Assembly: GCA_021800535.1 (NCBI GenBank)
Contig: JAJYYV010000001.1
Span: 1,389-65,388 of the forward strand
Direction of reading: 5' to 3'
DNA: 64,000 nt
Source: a bacterium
GTDB lineage: Bacteria; Ratteibacteria; UBA8468; B48-G9; DTJG01
Positions 59,758-64,000 of this stretch are shown one piece after another. Position numbers and translations under genes: made by a program. Positions within the stretch are counted from its first letter, which is position 1. The number at the start of each line of letters is the position of its first letter. The notes beneath the pieces are model-generated. The model worked only from the letters and a program-made list of their open reading frames with translations. It was not told the DNA's origin and made no database searches.

Positions 59758-61809
59758 ATGTATAAATTTTTTTTAATACTATTTGCTATTTTTAGTGTGA
59801 TATTACTCAATAATCAAAAAGTATATGCTTTTACAAATCTGTTAAATAAAAATAATTATCCATACCTGAATTATTCAAATGAAATTTATTTTAAACAAGC
59901 ATATAATGATTATATTCATGGAGATTGGAAAAATGCAGCCGGACTCTTCTGGTTATACTCTGACAAAGGTAAAGCACTAATAAAATATTCTTTTTATTAT
60001 GAAGGGGTATGTCTTTTTAATCTTAAAGAGTATCATAAAGCCAATTATGTATTTTTAAAGCTGGTAGATTGGGGAACTGATTTTCCTTTTTATAAAAATG
60101 CTGTTTTTTATTTAGCTCTTTGTCAGGGTAAACTTGGTTATTTAAATTCAGAGATATCCATTTTACATTATATTGCTGCACATTCACATAAATATTCTAT
60201 CAAAGCCTATGCATCATATAATATGTATAAAGCCTATCTTAAATTAAATAATTATAATATGGCAGATATATATTTATTAAAATTATACTTAGACTATCCT
60301 GATTTCTGCCAAAAACATAATCTTCATATTAATTCATCAAATCTTACTGCCTACCAAAAACTTAAAAGAGGTATAAATTTATACTATGATTCTTACTATC
60401 ATCAATCTATATCTCTTTTAAAAGAAATTCCAGGAAAAAATAAAAAAGCAAATCTTATAATTTTAAAAGATTTAATGAAATTAAACAGTCCGAATTTTTT
60501 AAAAGATGTTAACCAGGCTTTAGTTTATGGTGATGGTATTGATTGTTATCAGGATTATGGAACAACAAGACAAGCATTTTTAAACCTGAAAATGTACTAC
60601 TATTATTATATTTTACATAATCTTTCAAAAACATGGGCTATTTTAAATAAAAATGCAGAAAAATATGAATATTTAAATTCCAGGGAATTAAACATTTATA
60701 GAATTCTCATGTGGTACCATGTATCAAATGATTTAAAACATGGAAATCTTGTAAATGCAGAAAAAAATCTAAAATTATTTTTAAGTATGGCAAATAATAA
60801 CAATGTTAATTCATCTAATGCAAAATTCTTTTTTTGGTACGGGGTTGTTTTAAAAAATTTAGGATTAAAAAATAAAGCATATTTTTATTTTATTAAAATA
60901 AAAAACTCAAATAGTATTAGATATTCTTATTATTACGCAATGGCTAATGTTATGATTAAGAAAATGATGCCTCCTGTTAAAGAAACAGAAAAAAATATAT
61001 CCGTAGATTATAGTAATATAAATTTTAATAAAAATATGCTTATATTTAAAGAAACCTTAAAAACAGATTGGCCGCTAAATCTTGATTTTATGGCATTAAA
61101 AGCTATTTTAAATCTAAAACTATATTCCCTTTCAAATATGGCAATAAAGCAGTTTATTAATATTGTAAATACAAAATTTTCAGATAATAGCGGTGATATA
61201 ACAGGATTAAATACCAGTGAGAAAATTATATCCGGGTTGGCTTATATGCTTTATAAAGATGGCAAATATGCCGATGCAATTAGTTTAATTAATAATTATA
61301 ATCATAGCTCTTTATTATTAAACAAACAATTTTTAACTATATTATATCCCAGACCTTATTATATATATGTTAAAAAATATGCTGATTCTTATGGAATACC
61401 TGTTAATTTGGTATACGCTATTATGAGACAGGAAAGTCTTTATAACCCTTCTTCTGTTTCGTATGATGATGCCATGGGACTTATGCAGATAATGCCTGCA
61501 ACTGCTTATTATATAGCATATCAGATAGGATATTATAATTTTTATCCGGAAATGTTATATGAAAAGAATATTAATATAGATTTTGGTACATATTATTTAA
61601 GTACTTTATTAAGCCAGTTTGCCGGGAAAAAATATCTTGCAATAGCCGCCTATAATGCAGGACCAGGTTCTGTATCTTACTGGAAAAATTATATGCTAAA
61701 AAATGATGATAGACCTTTATTTATTGAACAAATTCCATTTAATCAAACAAGGAATTATGTAAAGCAGGTTCTTACAAATTATTATATTTATAATTATATT
61801 TATAATTAA
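59758..61809 (+). CDS. Soluble lytic transglycosylase (SLT-domain) protein with N-terminal superhelical region
   Basis: Signal peptide. C-terminal SLT motifs MRQESLYNPSSVSYDDAMGLMQIMP and AYNAGPG. Confidence 0.75.
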   Translation: MYKFFLILFAIFSVILLNNQKVYAFTNLLNKNNYPYLNYSNEIYFKQAYNDYIHGDWKNAAGLFWLYSDKGKALIKYSFYYEGVCLFNLKEYHKANYVFLKLVDWGTDFPFYKNAVFYLALCQGKLGYLNSEISILHYIAAHSHKYSIKAYASYNMYKAYLKLNNYNMADIYLLKLYLDYPDFCQKHNLHINSSNLTAYQKLKRGINLYYDSYYHQSISLLKEIPGKNKKANLIILKDLMKLNSPNFLKDVNQALVYGDGIDCYQDYGTTRQAFLNLKMYYYYYILHNLSKTWAILNKNAEKYEYLNSRELNIYRILMWYHVSNDLKHGNLVNAEKNLKLFLSMANNNNVNSSNAKFFFWYGVVLKNLGLKNKAYFYFIKIKNSNSIRYSYYYAMANVMIKKMMPPVKETEKNISVDYSNINFNKNMLIFKETLKTDWPLNLDFMALKAILNLKLYSLSNMAIKQFINIVNTKFSDNSGDITGLNTSEKIISGLAYMLYKDGKYADAISLINNYNHSSLLLNKQFLTILYPRPYYIYVKKYADSYGIPVNLVYAIMRQESLYNPSSVSYDDAMGLMQIMPATAYYIAYQIGYYNFYPEMLYEKNINIDFGTYYLSTLLSQFAGKKYLAIAAYNAGPGSVSYWKNYMLKNDDRPLFIEQIPFNQTRNYVKQVLTNYYIYNYIYN

Positions 61810-63104
61810 GCCTTCACTACTTTCTTAAGCGATTTCTTATATACATTTCTTGTATCAATAATAAGCTGGCTATATTTCAAAATAGATTGATAATCAATAT
61901 TTGTGTGGTCAGTTATAATTACAACAGCATCATAAGAGGCAATTTTTTTATTTGTAATCTTTATTGAATATAAAGGATGTTTTATCTGTCTGCTTTTTAA
62001 TACCTGGGGAATATACGGGTCATAATAATCAATTTTTACATTATTTTGTTCTAATATTTTTAGTATTTTCAGGGCAGGGGATTCTCTTATATCATCTGTA
62101 TTTTTTTTGTATGCAATTCCAATAATTAAAATTTTACTTTTAAAAAGGGTTCTACCTGTTTTTTCCAGGGATTCTCTTAGTTTATTTATGACATAATATG
62201 GCATTTCTGCATTAATCTCTCCTGCAAGTTCAATAAATTTAGTATGAAACTCATATTCTCTGGCTTTCCAGGTAAGATAAAAAGGGTCTATTGGGATACA
62301 ATGCCCCCCAAGACCCGGCCCTGGATAAAAAGGCTGGAATCCAAAGGGTTTGGTTTTCGCGGCTTCAATAACTTCCCAAATATTAATTTTCATTCTATCA
62401 AAAAGCATTTTTAGTTCATTGACAAGGGCAATATTAATTGCTCTATATATATTCTCAAGCAGTTTTACAGATTCTGCCACTTCAACAGATGAAACAGGAA
62501 TTATTTTCTCAATTATACTCTGGTATATTGCTACACCAAGTTTTCTACATATAGGTGTCATTCCTCCCACAACTTTTGGAATTTTTTCTGTTGAAAATTG
62601 TGTATTTCCAGGGTCTTCTCTTTCTGGAGAAAAAACAAGAAAAAAATCTTTTCCAATTTTTAGTCCTGTTTTTAAAAACTCCTCAAGAAGTATTTCTCTT
62701 GTGGTTCCAGGATATGTTGTAGATTCAAGAGATATTAATTGGCCTGTTCTTAAAGTTTTTGCTATCTGGATAGAAGTTTCTTTGATAAATTTAATGTCAG
62801 GTTCTAAATTTTTTGTTAATGGTGTTGGCACACAAATTATAATAACATCCGGCTTTGAAAGCAGGTCCATATCCGCAGTTAAAGTTAGTTTATTGGATAC
62901 ATTTTTTATACGCAGGTCAGGTATATGGGAAATATACGACTTTCCTTTTTTTAGATTTTCAATTTTCTCTTTATCCGTATCAAAACCATATACCTTAAAA
63001 CCTTCCTCAGCAAATCTTAAAATAAGAGGTAACCCTACATATCCTAATCCTATTACTCCTATAACAGCTTGTTTATTTTTTATCTTCTGTTCAAAAGAAA
63101 TCAT
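61806..63104 (-). CDS. Nucleotide-sugar (UDP-glucose/UDP-ManNAc) 6-dehydrogenase family protein
   Basis: N-terminal Rossmann VIGLGYVGLPL. Catalytic Cys region GGHCIPIDP. 432 aa. Confidence 0.8.
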   Translation of the reverse strand: MISFEQKIKNKQAVIGVIGLGYVGLPLILRFAEEGFKVYGFDTDKEKIENLKKGKSYISHIPDLRIKNVSNKLTLTADMDLLSKPDVIIICVPTPLTKNLEPDIKFIKETSIQIAKTLRTGQLISLESTTYPGTTREILLEEFLKTGLKIGKDFFLVFSPEREDPGNTQFSTEKIPKVVGGMTPICRKLGVAIYQSIIEKIIPVSSVEVAESVKLLENIYRAINIALVNELKMLFDRMKINIWEVIEAAKTKPFGFQPFYPGPGLGGHCIPIDPFYLTWKAREYEFHTKFIELAGEINAEMPYYVINKLRESLEKTGRTLFKSKILIIGIAYKKNTDDIRESPALKILKILEQNNVKIDYYDPYIPQVLKSRQIKHPLYSIKITNKKIASYDAVVIITDHTNIDYQSILKYSQLIIDTRNVYKKSLKKVVKA

Positions 63105-63112
63105 AATATAAT

Positions 63113-63439
63113 TTATGAAACAGGTATTTTTTCTATTGTACTTCTATATCTATCTTTTAATTCTGCTTTTTTTCCTTTATTCCATGAATTAACCTTGGAA
63201 AAATAACCTGTGACTCTTGTAATTTGTTCAATATTTTTCCCATGGTGTGTCTGATTTAAAAGATAATCCATATTATTATCAAGAATCGCATTTTCTGAAA
63301 AAAAAGTCAGAGTATCAAACTGTTTATCTCTGACAATAAAACCTGTCATTTCATCATTTATTCTTTCCTCAATATCATAAATATTAGGAAATTTTTTTAG
63401 ATACCCAACAAATTTTTCTTTTTCCATTTTCTCCTCCAT
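63113..63439 (-). CDS. Small protein carrying an NrdD-type glycyl-radical motif at its C-terminus
   Basis: C-terminus ITRVTGYFSKVNSWNKGKKAELKDRYR matches the NrdD glycyl-radical signature RVCGYLG....FN.GK.EE...R. It is a separate ORF with its own GGAGGAG RBS, 11 nt downstream of the nrdD-like gene. Confidence 0.5.
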   Translation of the reverse strand: MEEKMEKEKFVGYLKKFPNIYDIEERINDEMTGFIVRDKQFDTLTFFSENAILDNNMDYLLNQTHHGKNIEQITRVTGYFSKVNSWNKGKKAELKDRYRSTIEKIPVS

Positions 63440-63450
63440 AAATTATTTTT

Positions 63451-63999
63451 TTATAATTGTTTTATCCCCTGTTTTTTTGATGAACAATAAGGACATTGTG
63501 AATATAACCCCCTATAAATTTTTCCACAGTCAAGGCATGATGTAAACTCCGGACTAAAAGCCACCTGAGAATTCTTAGAATATTTAAAAATTTTAATAAT
63601 AAAATTTGAAAGTGTTTTTGCATCAGGATTGGATTCTCCAAGCCATACATGACTTAAAGCTCCGGCATCAATAAGCGGATGAAAAATTCCTTCTTTGATA
63701 ACTCTTTCTATAGGCGAAATCTCTTCAGAAACATTCAGGTACGTTGAATTTGTATAATAAACATTGTCTGACAGAGTTCCTTTTATGACTTTTTTCGCCT
63801 GCTCAAAATAATGTCCGAGGTCCAACCGGGCAAATCTGTATGCAGTGGATTCTGCAGGAGTTTGTTCAAGCACAAACCTTAATCCTGTTTGTCTACTATA
63901 TTTTTCACACACAATTTTAAGATAAGAAATAATCTTAAGCCCAAGTTTAAAAGCATCTTCACTCTCGTGTAATTGCCTGCCTGTATGATATTGAACCAT
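63451..63999 (-). CDS. nrdD: Anaerobic ribonucleoside-triphosphate reductase (class III) C-terminal part; N-terminus lies beyond the window
   Basis: Partial ORF open to the window end. Ends with a CxxC-x13-CxxC zinc ribbon (CLDCGKIYRGLYSQCPYC), as NrdD does just before its glycyl-radical segment. Confidence 0.5.
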   Translation of the reverse strand: MVQYHTGRQLHESEDAFKLGLKIISYLKIVCEKYSRQTGLRFVLEQTPAESTAYRFARLDLGHYFEQAKKVIKGTLSDNVYYTNSTYLNVSEEISPIERVIKEGIFHPLIDAGALSHVWLGESNPDAKTLSNFIIKIFKYSKNSQVAFSPEFTSCLDCGKIYRGLYSQCPYCSSKKQGIKQL

Positions 64000-64000
64000 T

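Noticed and set aside
1-64000. CRISPR array or rRNA genes
   Set aside because: I looked for regularly spaced short direct repeats and for rRNA-like GC-rich structured stretches. None were seen. The only repeats are the two island-boundary pairs and the tRNA remnant.

Overview
The window is a low-GC (roughly 30%) bacterial chromosome segment made of two housekeeping blocks with a ~26 kb accessory region between them, centred on a tRNA-Ser(UGA) gene.

Left core block (1-25.8 kb):
- a large MacB/FtsX-type membrane protein and a 664-aa polytopic membrane protein
- a PAS-HD-GYP protein, a DoxX protein, a radical-SAM activase-like protein, a TrxR-like flavoprotein
- pabB-pabC, proS, porG-porD, a PAP2 phosphatase, lgt, lspA, a DksA/TraR zinc finger
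- gyrA, gyrB, an 835-aa secreted hydrolase-like protein, and a second HD-GYP protein

Right core block (52.2-64 kb):
- MarR regulator with an ABC/ABC-2 exporter
- TolC-HlyD-MacAB-type efflux genes
- M24 aminopeptidase, SLT lytic transglycosylase, a nucleotide-sugar dehydrogenase
- the 3' part of an nrdD-like gene followed by a separate glycyl-radical-domain ORF

Accessory region (25.86-51.7 kb), read as at least three tandem islands at the tRNA-Ser locus:
- I0 (25.87-27.1 kb): a decayed HTH/ImmA/PIN module containing a 39-aa PIN pseudogene.
- Island A (27.24-41.83 kb): bounded by 102-bp imperfect direct repeats of the tRNA 3' flank. It is a strictly co-directional minus-strand array: XRE HTH, SIR2_2, a PLD-SNF2 helicase fusion, a 1214-aa PglX/DrmMI-like gamma-class N6-adenine methyltransferase, a SIR2 N-terminal remnant, a second SIR2_2 translationally coupled to an uncharacterised 952-aa protein, then an HTH-ImmA fusion and a DUF4411-like PIN gene.
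- Island B (42.07-51.59 kb): bounded by perfect 90-bp direct repeats that contain the 5' half of the tRNA plus its upstream flank. It carries a RelE-like toxin with an XRE-Panacea antitoxin, a degenerate tRNA-Ser remnant, a DUF488 protein, a truncated IS1634-like transposase, a beta-class MTase fused to an SNase-like domain with a small putative REase, and a four-gene operon of unknown function built around an SDH-family Clp-fold serine proteinase.

The strongest candidate for an undescribed system is the HTH-SIR2-PLD/SNF2-methyltransferase cassette. It combines DISARM-like and BREX-like parts but lacks the hallmark genes of either system. Second is the SIR2 + 952-aa pair, which looks like a split DSR-like system.

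No rRNA genes or CRISPR arrays were seen. All calls come from reading the sequence and recognising motifs; no database searches were run.
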